A DNA stretch of 64,000 nucleotides from NCBI RefSeq assembly GCF_018977255.1, contig NW_024704742.1, positions 55,120,001 through 55,184,000 of the forward strand, written 5' to 3'. Every line of letters starts with the position of its first letter. Positions within the stretch are counted from its first letter, which is position 1. Origin of the DNA: Callorhinchus milii (lineage: Eukaryota). Positions 13,867 through 27,154 of this stretch are shown here, piece after piece. A program made the translations under genes and the position numbers. Under the pieces are notes generated by a model. The model worked only from the letters and a program-made list of their open reading frames with translations. It did not search any database and was not told where the DNA came from.

Positions 13867-14549
13867 ACAGGATAGGGTCACCATATGTGCAAATGGTTAC
13901 AGTGGTTCAAACTAAAGCTGCCTGCAGTCAAAACTGGACTTGCCCACCCATGGGATGCAGCATTAAAGCAGGATCCAGTTAGCAATAATTTGGTGCCAAT
14001 ACACAAGCAGCAAATCTAATTGCTGATGTGGGCAGCTTTGTATCAGCCCTTGTGACTGAGACGGTGGGTCAGGTCATATCTGAAACAGTCTCAATATTGA
14101 TTAAAGCTGTTGACTGCATTTATTATCGATATGAATTAACTTTGGTGATAATTAACATGTCATTTGAATCTCGCATCAAAACTGACCACAAACAAATACA
14201 TTTTCATCGTTATATAACTAATTAACCCATCATGTTCATGATAAACACACATGGACAATAAATTTAAAAGTTGACCGTAAAAGATGTTCAAATATTCACT
14301 GAAAGGGTCACAGATTACTGGATCAAAGGAGATGACTTGGATGCATTCACTATACAGCATAAATAAACTAAATTCTAAGAAGTTGTAGACACCTTTCACT
14401 CCAATTAACCAAATCTGGCCTGCATGCAGGTCTAATGAGATCAGGGAACACATGACTTGGGTAACTCATGGGTGACCTTCATACCACTCCACACTGCGCT
14501 GCAGATTTGTGTATCAACATGCTCTTTAGGCTACCATGCTGGCTAAGCC

Positions 14550-14830
14550 TGTAGCACTCTTGCTCCATGTCAGAAAGATAAGGGACTCAGAACTCAGTAA
14601 TGCTGACATTCCAATACAATGCTGGAGATGCTCTGGATCGTTGTTGGTGCCGTTTTTCCAGATAAGACATCAAATGCTCAAGCAGACATTAAAATCTCCA
14701 TAGCATTATTTGAAACGAGAAAGAAATTTCTCCTGGTTTCCTGTCCAACAAACCCCAAGATAAAATTGGTCATTCACTTCGAAGCTGTTTGTGGGACATT
14801 GCTATGCATAAATTGGTATAATACACAGTA
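14550..14830 (+). mobile_element. Degraded Deu-like SINE
   Basis: gtagcactctt...gctgacattccaatacaatgctgg...gacattaaaatctccatagcattatttgaa. Confidence 0.55.
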
Positions 14831-15204
14831 CTACACTTTACGTAAATCCAATGAAACACTTTAACATCCTGCTACGCAAAAAGAGCCACACACCACAAGC
14901 AATGCATTTGGGGGTTAGACTAGACTGACTTCAAAGAATTAATACTGTCATCAAAGAGCTTCAATTTTAAAAATGCTCATTTTGTCCCCTCAATCACTTC
15001 ATGCAGATTTTGAAAGAAGCGGTATACTTTATGGTTTTGATGGTATGACTAGCACTATAATACTAAAAATACTTATGCCTGGAAATACTCAATTTCCCAG
15101 ACAGCATGCAGTACAAAAAACAACTTCACTATCACACCAAAGCTATGATAGAAGTAGAATCGTTGGACCAGCTATAATTATAAACATTTGGGCAAATGTT
15201 GTCC

Positions 15205-15541
15205 AGTGGAGAAACGGTTTACACTGGTGTGTGGATCGGCTACCAGATGGCACAGATACAAGATAATTGACAAAAGAACCAGAGGAGAGACGAGAATTAT
15301 TATTATTTTTTTTAAACGCAGCACATTGTTATGATCTGAAATGCATTGCCTGAAAGGGTGGTGAAAGCAGATTCAATAATAACTTTTAAAAGGAAATTGG
15401 ATATATAATTGAAAAGGAAGAAATCACATGGTTACGGGGAAAGAGCAGGGGGTATTGGGACTAAGTGGATAGTTCTTTCAAAGAGTCAGCACAGGCATGA
15501 TGGGCCAAATGGCCTCCTTCTGCGTTGTAAGATTCTATGAT
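15205..15541 (+). mobile_element. CR1 LINE 3' end
   Basis: Similar to the reverse complement of 42060-42330 (gcctgaaagggtggtg...ggcctccttctgcgttgtaagattctatga). Confidence 0.75.
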
Positions 15542-16770
15542 TGGATCCTTGAATGCGCCACCACTCTGAACTGATCATTAAAAATGTGGACACGCATCAG
15601 CAGTAACAAAGCTGCAATACCTGGTGCTAAAGATGGAGAAATTTGCTCAAACCACCATCACTTCATTCAATAAAGCCAACACAACAGCTGCGGTACTAGA
15701 AAATGTTGCATCATGGCTTTAATCCTACAAATAACAAGTCTCAAGGGTAAAGAACCTCTATTTTCATTCTTCATTACTCTCTTGAAAATGCTCAAGGATC
15801 AAAAATCACATGTTATATGCACGGCTTGTACCTATTTTATAATGCTTTAATTACATTTTGTCAGGAGTATTGACTGCCAAACAAGTTGAACTTCATATAG
15901 GTTTAACAGACACTATTCATATTGGGCACTATTCATATTGTTTTTTTAAAAGGAAACTAGACACATATCTAAAATGCAGTAAACTACAAGCGGGGTGAGG
16001 GGGTGAAGGCAGGTAAATGGGTTTGTAATGATTGTTCCATTTTTTAGAAAAAAAGCCAGCAAGGACACGATGGACCCAATGGCTTTCTTCTGTGCTGTAA
16101 ATTTCGATGGTAATAAAATCATCCCATAGTATAAGGTAGGACTTCAGTCGAAACACAAGATTCTTTGCAAGCATTATTTAAAACACGTTTGGCCCTTGTT
16201 TTCAAAAGGAAGCTTCCAAATTTGTAGCTAGGGTGTTGGTTTCAATAATAAATTCACATTCAAAGAGGTGTTAAAGCAGACCTTAACTAATTGCTGAATA
16301 CAAGCATTAGACTAATTATACAGAACAGCTAATTAGCAGGAGAGTTTATCCTCTCCTTTCCTATTGTTGTTTTCGTATTGCTCTAACAAAGAAATTGTTC
16401 AGTTTCATATACGACTGGATAGCTTCAAGTAGATTGGATTAAAATGATGGCACTCTACACACAGCTAAAAGGTCAAGGGAATGCAGATCACAAATCCTTA
16501 AGGAAAAAAGTGAAAAGCATAGAGTACAATCTTGAAAATTGAAAAATGAGCTCACCTTTCCCTCACTATTTACAATGTCATTTGTTGAAGAACAACATTT
16601 TTAAGTGCTTTATCACATTGAAATGGTTGCATACTTTTATTTGCTTAAATGACAGAAGTTGATCTAATATTTGTACAAAACAATCAAGTGAATAAAATAA
16701 ATCCTTCCATAGTCAGATTAAATTGCAACCAAGAGACTTCCTTCCCCCATCCCAGCTGAACAACACAAAC

Positions 16771-16891
16771 CTGTTCGGAAAACAACTGTTCCCTTGCTGT
16801 ACACCGAGAGAAACTGAAGATTTTGTAGCAATCCTTTTACTGTGAGCTGCAGATGGATGTTCGTCAGGGAAGATCTCAGCCCCAAAAACAT
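16771..16891 (-). CDS. MTUS1: MTUS1 ATIP1-type alternative first coding exon (40 codons + 1 nt)
   Basis: Manual translation gives MFLGLRSSLTNIHLQLTVKGLLQNLQFLSVYSKGTVVFRT, versus recalled human ATIP1 [40 protein letters not shown] (same length). Donor CAG|GTTTGT is phase 1 and joins the exon at 2296 in frame. Confidence 0.9.
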
Positions 16892-17940
16892 TGCTTGAAG
16901 ACTATAATGGAAGATTCAATGAAGAAATTGTTCTCACCCCAAAACACACTGTACAGCAAAGATGCTTCACCATGCGGACAAAAACAAATCACACTGATTC
17001 AAGAGAATCAAGACAGTTAAATAAATCCTCAAAGTCTTCAATTCTGAGAATCATTGTAATCAGAGGTTGACAAATAAATCCATTTGGCTGATTCTTCCTT
17101 CACAGATGTGAGACAGTCTAAAACTAAGCTGACAGCGGAATCCTACCCACTGATTCAGAAAACAACAAAGCAGCTCCTAAATTGCACTGCAATTTTACGC
17201 TTAATCTGCTACAACAAACATGCTTACAGTGGGGGTGGGGACTAAATCTGGAAAAAGAAAAACAGTAGCGTCTTAGATCTAAATTAAAAAAGTATTGTTT
17301 TCTCTAGCTTTGTAAGGAAAATAACCTAAAATAGATCAGTAAAACCAGGTTAATATGCAGTAATTTGTGTACAGTGCAAGAATTGAGCCTTTTTATACAA
17401 TTGCACAATTTGTTTTACATCAGCAGATTGGCATTTCCCAGAGGACTCCTGACTCGCTTATTGTTCTGTAAACAGATTTCCTGCCGTTATTCTACAAAGG
17501 CATAATGTAATTCGTAGTCCACACCCATCCATGGAAAAAAGGAAATTTAATAACATTGCATTTTTTAAAAAAAAAAACATTTCCAAGCAGTGGGTCACCA
17601 AAGGAAAGTCAAAGGAAAGGAAAGTCACTTCATCACAATACAGGAGAACTGTTTCATTACAATATAGAAGAACTACAAATTACAAAGGAAGCATTCTACA
17701 AATTTAAAAAAAGCGCTTGGGAATGTTCAATATCAGCAGCTTTAGACGATAAATGTTACAGCCGTTGTAGTTAAAAAAAGAGCAAAATTCTCCCCTACAC
17801 TATGATACAATTGATTCAGTATGTGTCAGAGCGAAGTATATCACAGCTGTACATTCCTGCCACCTAGTCTCACCATTACATCTATCATATCTGCTGATTC
17901 AGCAGGGGAGTGGGGTTGCTTGCGTCAGGAAACAGAATCC
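16892..17940. promoter_or_regulatory. Candidate ATIP1-type 5'UTR/promoter region
   Basis: No recognisable repeats in the stretch upstream of the ATIP1-type exon. It has a MARE-like palindrome CTGCTGATTCAGCAG (17891-17905), TGCGTCAGGAA and several TGATTC(A) motifs. Confidence 0.35.
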
Positions 17941-20900
17941 TTTTTAAAAATACACATTTTCTCTTCATGATGGAGGACAGAAACAGAATTGACATTAAAA
18001 GTTAACAGGGCACATTTAATGCCATTAGAACTCTGGAATCTAGCAAAAATAAAATTTGCACCATGGGACTATTTCATAAAGACAGGAATTGTCAACAGGC
18101 ATAAGAAGTCACATCAAATTACATCCTTTGGAGGAGACGATAAAACCAAGTTCCTGTCTGCCTATTCAGGTGTACATTCAAGTCCTCATGGTACTATTCG
18201 AAAAGAGAAGAGTTTCTCTCCCCAAATAAAATTGCTCACTCACGCCAAAATCCCTGGGCTACCGTGTTTCTCCCACAATACAATCAATCCACTTTACAGT
18301 ATATCCTATGAAGCACTTGTACATCTCAATGATGTGATATGGCACTATATCAAATGCAAGGATTATTTTTATTATTAATGGTCAGCTACAAGCTACTTCT
18401 CTTTGACAGGATGGTTGAACAGAACTTGGATCAAGGAAGCAAATTTCACTAGTCAAAAATCAGACAACATTTATTGACGAGGCTAACAATAAAACTAGTG
18501 TACAAATAAAAGAAAAATGGAAAAAGCACAAGTAACAATGGACTCTTTGAGATGTACTGTTGTGAAAGATCAGCAATGTTAAAGCCGTTAAGATGGAAAG
18601 TTGAAATGCAGGTCACAGATTCAAATGATACACAAATGACCTTTAAAATTGGCATTTCACTTTGACATATCTTTATGATCTTTGAAATCCAGCTCATTTT
18701 TCCACTTCTGCCAAGAATGAGAGTCAATAAAACCACATTTCAGTCTCCCAGAGATTCCCTTGGTATGATTCAAGTTACACTGAAGACAGATGCAAGATTC
18801 TGCTTTCATTACACTCAAAGAAATGAAGAAACATTCAGATAATCTTGCTAATTTCATTGATTTTCACTACAAGGAGATGGTGAGGAGAAAAGAAAGGAGA
18901 AGTCAGACAAACAGCACACAAAATGCAGTAGTATCAAAAAGAAGCTAACTCCTGCAGGTTGTCAGGCAATCAAATAGGCAAACATTCTGCTTTGATGTAG
19001 TAAACTGTGAATTCAAATCAACTCCTCGATTCCTGCTCTGGATTATGTTAGGTGATCTCAGCTTGAGTATCAAAGGTATTACAGTTGCCTCAGCAGCCCT
19101 GGGCTAGGGAGGGGGAAATATGCAGATATAGTTCCAGTATCTGTTCACTATTGGAAAGGGCACATATGTTAAGTGGATTTCAGAAGGGGTAAGATCTGTT
19201 TCAGTTTTGAAGCTGAGTGTCAGAATGTTTCCAACAAGAGCAAAAAACCTAGTTAAATCAAGCCTTACAACAAATGTTTTCAGTAGAAGAAATTGGAGAA
19301 GCTCATAATAGTTCCTGAAGGAACAGGCAAAAGGATCATTTACAATCTAACATATTCATTCAGGAAGGGTTGGTTTGTTCGACAAGCATTGTCGAGACGA
19401 CGCACAACCATTCCAAGATTGTAACCACTTCAGAAGGAGAAAAGCACACCAAACCTCCATTCCTTCCACAGAAAATGGACATTTAAAAAAAGGTTCAACC
19501 AACTCGGGTCATCAGTTTAGCACAAACATTTCCTTCAAGAGCAGCACGCAGGAAATGACATCAGCCATAACCCAACGTCCAGAAGCCAGCCATTTCATCT
19601 TTCCATGCACCAGATGGCGATTTGAAGCACCACTCGATCCAGCAATCTTTATACACATTTACAGTGCTGGCTGTATTTCATGGACCCACAACGACTTTGT
19701 GAAAACAGAGCAACATATCAATCAATCCAGTATTTCTTTTTACTTTTTTCTGAATGAATGCTTTTATCAAATATCCAGTATTCCATGGATGGGTGAAGGG
19801 GGTGTGGAGAAAGAAATTCTCACGGTCTTTAATCTCCTTGAAAGTTAAATTTAAGGTTAAGTTAATTGTGCATTCCCCCTCCAACCATCCCCCCCAAGTT
19901 CTGCAACCACATTCCAAATAGCATGAAACAGAAACGCAGGATAACAAACACACACCTGGTTTAAGCTCCCCTTCATCACTTTAAACACTTTGGAAAACTT
20001 CCTGGCGTGAAGGGTGCAATATAAATGCAAGTTGTTGATGGTGGTGGTGGTGAAGCTGAGACCAAGTTTATGTTTGCAAGTCTTTCTTTAGACCATAAAC
20101 CTAAATCCTTGAATCAGCTAACTTTTTTCTGATTCCACATATTGTCCTTTGGAGCTCAGGGCATCCAAATAACTATACATGTGTCACCAGCGATATATAC
20201 AAGGTCAGAATGACTTTAAATTTTTAGTCAAAAGCCTTTCAGATACAGCAGGGTACATTGGATACAGCACACATGTGGGCCAGTCAGTCGCAAAGAAAAC
20301 CTATTGTTCCTCCATTTAGTAACAATTAGAATCTACAGACTGCCCTAATGGTCTCACTAACAACAGAGACAGGTGTGTCTTGGTTATATCTGTCCTGTTA
20401 AAAAAATAAAGCCCTCAGAATCAGCAATCGCAGCATCCTCAGTACAAAATAGATTCAGTTAAAAAGGGGAAACTGACTGCAAAGTCAAGGCTTCCAATTT
20501 TAAAAACAAAGGTTTTCTCCTGAATATTCATAAAAGAAAGGTTACTACAACAAATGACCCTGACATTTCCACAGTTAATATTAACTGCATCTGCCTTGGG
20601 TACCTTTGCACAGACTACACAAATAATGGTGAGTTTGCTCCATATCCACAAAGCTTCCTACAAACAAAATCAACAGACCAATTCTCTAAAATTACAAATA
20701 AAACCATCACATTACAGATTTGGTCAGAGAAAACACAAGGAAAATATTTATTCCCGTTATGGGAAGATTCAAGTGGATTCTCCACATTTGATCCAGCTTT
20801 ATAATTTGCTTGTGCTTCAACTAACCTGCCAATTACTGGGTTAATGACAAATTAGGCTGCCCTGTGATGTAGGGGAAATCTGACTGGCGGAGCACAATTG

Positions 20901-23717
20901 CGATGAGACAACTTGACCCCTATTAAAATATCCAACATATGGAAGGTGAAATCTGAATGTATATCACTGGGGCAAATCCATGATAGAATGCATCTTTCCA
21001 TTGTTATAGCCAGAATAATAGATGCAGTTATAACTGCTCTTCCAAATGTTGATCTGGAAACATTTCAGAAATCAGGAAAAACATGTGCAAAAATGTAAGC
21101 CCCTCTATCAATGCTTGAAAATGTCAGAAATGGTTCAACAAAGGACCCTTTATCCAGCGTCCAATTGTTCACTATAGTATTTAATATAAGCAATGGTCAG
21201 CTGCAATATTTCCCCTGGCAATGACCATTACATAATGTGAAAAACAAGAGTACCCGCTATATCAAAACAGCCTACCACAACATTTACATGAGTATTCCAT
21301 CGGCAGTGATCCAGGAAACAGATATAGTACAAGATTCTGAGGGTTGCATACATTACAGGGAATTCCTTCCTTGCATTAAGAATCATGCAAGCGGCTTTCT
21401 TCTATCAAAATAAATTTGTTCAAGAGAAAATCAAGACAGATTTAAGGACAAGAGGAAGAGCAATCTACCTTTTACATCACATATTGCGCTCCCAGTGTTC
21501 CAGTGTAAAGGGAACACTGAACAAAGTTCACATGTTAATGGTGACTTGGCCTTCTCCTTGAGCTCACTTGACTTACCTCAGGAGTAGAGGATTTTCCAGG
21601 TGGTTTTCTTCTCCTCCCAAATTGGCCATAGAGTTTGGGGGTTTCTCCCTGAGGGGGGACTGGATGGTCAGCACAAGAGTTATTTCGGTGTAGATTGTGA
21701 GGGAGGTGGAGTGGGGACTTCTCATTCTCCTTCACCCGAAGCAAACTTAATGGGCCACTGGGCTTTTTCTCATCCATACATATAAATAATTGTGGCTATT
21801 TGTAAACTTAAGGCAGAGTTATTCTTGCAAGTCAAGCTCATATCAGCATCATCTTGTGTAATAAATTATACAAACTCACCTAATTTCTGCTACATAGGAG
21901 TCCTGAGATTAGTTTCATTTTGCACATTATGGATTTTAAAACAATCTTACATTGAAATGTCACTGGGGCGTAATTCAGAAGGATAATGGTTCTAGGTACA
22001 ACTCAACAGTATACGACTTATTATTGAAGTGGCAATGCAAGAAATGAAGGACATAATTGGAATTACACTTGAATCAGAGTTTTTGGAAGCTCACCTTGCA
22101 TAGAATCTCTACATTGGCTACAAATCTTCAGATTTACTGGTTAAATGTGGTTTAAAAATTACACTAACTTCTTTGCAATTGTATAACCTTATGCATTTGA
22201 ACTCAATTTCAATTTTAGAGCAATTCTGCAAACTTCAATAAAACATGAAATAAATTGTTGTCCAATCCAATAAGAATTCAAGCAAGGAAATAAACGTGCA
22301 CAGAATAGATTTGTTCACGAAAAATACCCAGTCAATTCATTTGCACCCATATCCTTATCCACGTGCGAGTGGACAGGTCTTCATTATTCACATGTTTGTG
22401 CTGTAACAGAAAGCTGAACCTATTTGAACTAGAATAAAGATTGTGGAACATCTTGAATAATAATAATAATCCTAATTCCTTGTATTTGATAGCTCTTTTC
22501 GTATTGGGAAGGATATTTTTCCTACAAAATATACAGTCAATTCTCTTTATGGTATATTCTGTGAAGCGCTTTGAGATGGCTCAATGAAGTGATAGGGCAC
22601 TATATCAAATGTAAGCATTATTATTATTATGTCCAAAGCACTTCACAAGCTATACCTCAAAGAGAAGCAATCATGCATTTTGTAGGTAAATATTTTAAAT
22701 AAGAGGCATAGATGACCCAGATGCAGGCAAAAAAAACACAAATTTAAAACAGTAGTGGAGGATACAAGGATAGATGCAGTTTGAAATGAAATACCGCATT
22801 AAAAAAAAGTATTTTCGAGCTGTTGTGGTAGAAAGTGTTTGGAGGAAGGAATGAGGCCATAGTTCAAAAGCTTTTTGCTTAATTACTTAGTATGTTCAGT
22901 GAGCAATTATAACATGCTTTTCTCCCAGATGAAGTCAAGTTCTCATTACATCAATTACAGTTTCAAGTTTGCAGGTCAAAAAGCTGGTATGAATTTACAC
23001 ATAGGATTTTACTGTATACATTTTAGTAGAATTCTCATGGGTACATCATTAGCTGTTAAAACATTTTCTTCCACTTTTATCATCTTCCCTTTTGCCCAAG
23101 GCTACAATTGTCCAATTAGAAATAAAAATTAGCTGATACCACACATCAATTAGTTCTTGGCACACAAACCACATTGAATTGTGGAATACTGACATTCAGT
23201 TTTTATTCAGAAGAGTTCTGAAGTCGCAGCAAGTGAAGATTTAACAAATCAGCTATTCATACAACCAGCAATAAATACTTCAGCAGAAATACCAGAAACT
23301 TAGGAGAATTTTTACGGCCTTATTTTGTTACATCAAGGAAGTGAAATCCTTACAGATCAGATTCGGTATGCAACAAATCTTACAGAGTACTGGTGTGTAA
23401 CAACGCAGTCTTTTCATAGACTCACAATGGAATTTTTGCTGTTATCTTTCTACTGGCTATATAAAATCTTTCCACTGGCTATATAAAATCTTTCCTCTAC
23501 ATAGTCTCCAAATACACAGCCTTTGGTAATTGATCTGCCTAAGTACCTTTTAAATGAGGTATTCCAGTGAAAGCCTAGCAATTCTTCTCATCTGTTAAGT
23601 ATGCACAATATGATCAATGCTGATTTAATATAGATGGGGGCTTGTGTGGAGCATAAATACAAGCATAAACAAGTTGAACCTAATGACCCGTCTCCATGCC
23701 ATATCCCTCTATGTAAC

Positions 23718-24130
23718 AATAATAAACATTGTATTTGATATAGCACCTTATTACATTGAGATATCTCAAAGCACTTCACAGGATATACTATATTTATAGG
23801 CAAAACACAGCAGCCTGTTTTGCGCACAGCAATGTCCACAAACAGCCATGGAGTGAGTGGCCAATTTTATATGGGGGAATGTATTGGCCAGGGCATCAGA
23901 AAAAATGCCTTCTCTTTTCAAATAGTGCCATGGGATCTTTAACACCCACCTGAACAGGCAGACGGGACCTCAGTTTAACGTCTCATCTGTAGAACGGCAC
24001 CTCCAACAATGCAACGTGCCTCCAGCACTGCATTGGAGTGTCAGCTGAGACTATGCGATTCCAAGTCCCGACGTGGGGCCTGAATCCACAACCTTCCGAC
24101 TCAAAGGTGAGAGTACGCCAGGCTGACACA
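23718..24130 (-). mobile_element. Older SINE with Deu-domain-like core and the same L2-like tail
   Basis: The core cacctgaacaggcagacgggacctcagtttaacgtctcatc...cagcactgcattggagtgtcagc is shared with 45300-45490, 63080-63280 and 8030-8220. The DeuSINE assignment is from recollection. Confidence 0.75.
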
Positions 24131-24508
24131 ATGTGATATTAAAATGCTGGCATGGATAAACAAAGTTCTCAAGGAATCCATATTTTTCCCCCATTCTTTT
24201 CAGTGTTGTGGGGTAACAAATTGCCAAGGGATCTATAGAGCAGCATGCAACTTTATCACCCCCTTCCCTCAGAAACTCCCTAATAGATGATCCGTGTAAA
24301 TGGTCTGGTAGAGAATTTTGATCATATGTTTTACACGACAAGAACATCAACACTGAACTCCAGCAGGACAAACTTTTTAAAAGTTACTGTGAACTGAAGT
24401 GTTTTAATTAACGAGTAGTAGGTCGAATTAACTAGTCAGTGTGAAGTCTTTCAACATTCAGATTCACGTAAAACCAAGTTAATTTTAAAACTGTTTACTT
24501 GTGGACTT

Positions 24509-24956
24509 ACAGCGAGCTCGGCCCCACCTGCACACACAGCGAGCTCGGCCCCACCTGCACACACAGCGAGCTCGGCCCCCACCTGCACACACAGCGAGCT
24601 CGGCCCCCACCTGCACACACAGCGAGCTCGGCCCCCACCTGCACACACAGCGAGCTCGGCCCCCACCTGCACACACAGCGAGCTCGGCCCCCACCTGCAC
24701 ACACAGCGAGCTCGGCCCCCACCTGCACACACAGCGAGCTCGGCCCCCACCTGCACACACAGCGAGCTCGGCCCCACCTGCACACACAGCGAGCTCGGCC
24801 CCACCTGCACACACAGCGAGCTCGGCCCCCACCTGCACACACAGCGAGCTCGGCCCCACCTGCACACACAGCGAGCTCGGCCCCACCTGCACACACAGCG
24901 AGCTCGGCCCCACCGCACACACAGCGAGCTCGGCCCCACCGCACACACAGCGAGCT
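24509..24956. repeat. GC-rich minisatellite, 16 full units of 26-28 bp plus a partial unit
   Basis: Unit acagcgagctcggcccc(c)acc(t)gcacac, counted directly. Units vary only in C-run length and one T. Confidence 0.98.
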
Positions 24957-26579
24957 TGGTCGTGTGCCTCTCACGCTGTTTGTTTGACACTGTTACCAGG
25001 GTTGGGATAGTGGAAGCGGCGCGAGTGGGAAATCGGCTTCTCCCAGCACCCAGCCGAAACTGAGCTCCTGTGATGAATTCTTGGTAAGTGCTATAGTATT
25101 CAATCTAAAAAATTTGAGTATTTTAAATATAACTACATTTTCAGGAAATATATGCCTGTAGTTTTAATCCAGGTTGGTTCACAAAATGCATCTCTCAATA
25201 GCACCAATTAACCCTCTGCAATTTTCTGCAAAAATTTATCATATGTCGCCATAATTTCCCACAAAATTTGTCAATTGCCCACAAAGTTCAATCCTTGAAC
25301 TGTGCTGCATTATTAGCTGTGGTCATATTCCTCGTTCAGATTCAGTAATCCCTACTGCAAAGTGGGCATGTATGGACAACAGGCGAGCAACGACATCTCT
25401 CTGCCCATGATTGAATCACCTTGCAAAATGATTCCTCAAGGCTTCCACATGAAGAATGACTAATTGGGTATGTTGCAGTGAACTGCTGCCACCTGTTCCA
25501 TAAACCAGTAGAATGCATGCCGGCACAAGTTAAATTACTTCAGGGCAAAGAGAACATGGAGGAGGATAAAACAGTTTGCAGGTTATAAAGCTTCCACACA
25601 CAGTTTATGATAGATGTAATTAGCAGGACAAATATTATTCAATATGATAACACTTGCATTTGATACAGTGCCTTATCACGTTGTTGAGACGCCTCAAAGG
25701 CCTCACAGAATATATTGTAAAGAGGATCGACTGTATATTTTGTGGGCGAAAGGCAAGTCATTTTTACTAGATTGAAGTCACGCATTTTTCAAGAATCAAT
25801 CATCATTCTAAAGTGTCAAAATGTTTCCAGAATTGCAATGTTTAAAATTCTCAGGAGTTAGTTTGCGCAATATTAAAATCTAAACCAGTTTGCTTCTATA
25901 TTTCAGAACATTTCAAGGTTATAAGCTGGTCTCAAAACAATCCATGGTTGCTAAAGTTACCATCAAAACAATGAACAGCATGACAAGTTTAACAAAAACA
26001 CACCCTTGCTATTTCTAAAATTGCTGGATTAAATAATTAGATTCCCACCTCAAAAATAGAATTAAAATCCAATTTCAAAATACATCTGCCCGTCAGTTTC
26101 AATTTCATTGCTGAATTTAAAACCATTATGTACTTAAAGAAAGATTGACAATACTAAAAATGAGATGCGGACTTGAATCTCTGCAAGTTATAACATATAA
26201 AATTATCTATGCAAATGTGAACATCATAACCAATTTTGTTAGCTTCAAGTAGTGCCTGAAGCTAAAATGAGAAAAAAAATTGCTTGCACACTAGACTGAA
26301 TTAGGATTACTCAAATTATCATATATGATTCCAGGACTCTAAAGTGTGTTTAAAAGAATATTTCCTCAAAAGAGGTATGCTCTCGAAAGCATACATTGAA
26401 AAAAAATCATGAAACATCTCCAGAGAATAAAAAGCAAGGACTCCTTGATGCATTTTGAATGTACCAAATAACACTTGGTGAAAATCAATTTGTATTCCTT
26501 CGACAGTGGATATGTACACCAACTCACTCCTCACTGGTCTCCCCAGCTCCACTATTCACAAAGTCCAACTAATTTAAAT

Positions 26580-27021
26580 TTCTGCTGCCGTTATCACTGT
26601 ACCAAATTCCACAACCACATGACCCGAGTCCTCGTCAGGCTCCAATGGCTCCCTGTTTCAGATGGATGGATGGAATGATTTCAAGGTCCTCACCTACACT
26701 TCATGCCCTGATACCTCCCTCTCTGATCTCCTCAAACCCCACTCCTCTATCAACCCTCTTCACTCAGCCGGCACAAGCCTTGTTCCCTGCACCATTGGCG
26801 GGCGCACTGTCCGATATTATGCCCCAAACCTCTGGAACTCTGCCTTAATCACACCATCTTGACCCCTCTTTGCCTTTCTTCAGATCACACTTTGACTTTC
26901 CTGTTTGATCGTGCCTGTGGTTACTTCCCCCTTCACAGCCCAGCGTCAAACTACACCATTGTTAAATGCTCTGAAATGCTATTCCATGTGAAGGGAGATA
27001 TATACATGCAAATTGTTGTTG
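26580..27021 (+). mobile_element. Degraded L2-clade LINE 3' end
   Basis: VLVRLQWLPV and YAPNLWNS motifs; tail gcaaattgttgttg. Confidence 0.7.
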
Positions 27022-27154
27022 GATATGACAGCTAACATCTGTTGCATTTTTACCCCTCATGAAGATTCTCATTTAGAACAAGTTGCCTGTTTTGGGAGGG
27101 GAAACAAATAGCTTCCACTTGAAGTTAATCATTTCACTGAAAATTTAGCACATC

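Noticed and set aside
16551..16770. Stronger downstream donor (AAG|GTGAGC) extending the ATIP1-type exon
   Set aside because: Read-through meets a TAA within about 18 codons, so the proximal donor at 16771 is the productive one.
19375..19848. 157-aa plus-strand ORF
   Set aside because: Non-ATG start, no recognisable domain, antisense within an intron; the minus-strand frames I checked at its 3' end are closed.
21535..21777. 80-aa minus-strand ORF with a GTAAGT donor, as a possible MTUS1 first exon
   Set aside because: The donor at 21577 is phase 0 in this frame whereas the next acceptor needs phase 1. It has no recognisable MTUS1 similarity and looks repeat-derived.
23452..23495. 22-bp tandem duplication containing TATAAAA
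   Set aside because: A simple local duplication with no associated exon or promoter evidence.
24509..24956. CRISPR-like array
   Set aside because: Units are directly tandem with no unique spacers, there are no cas genes, and the context is a vertebrate intron.
24451..25010. Five overlapping repetitive ORFs of 150-180 aa
   Set aside because: They arise from the stop-free minisatellite read in several frames; no coding evidence.
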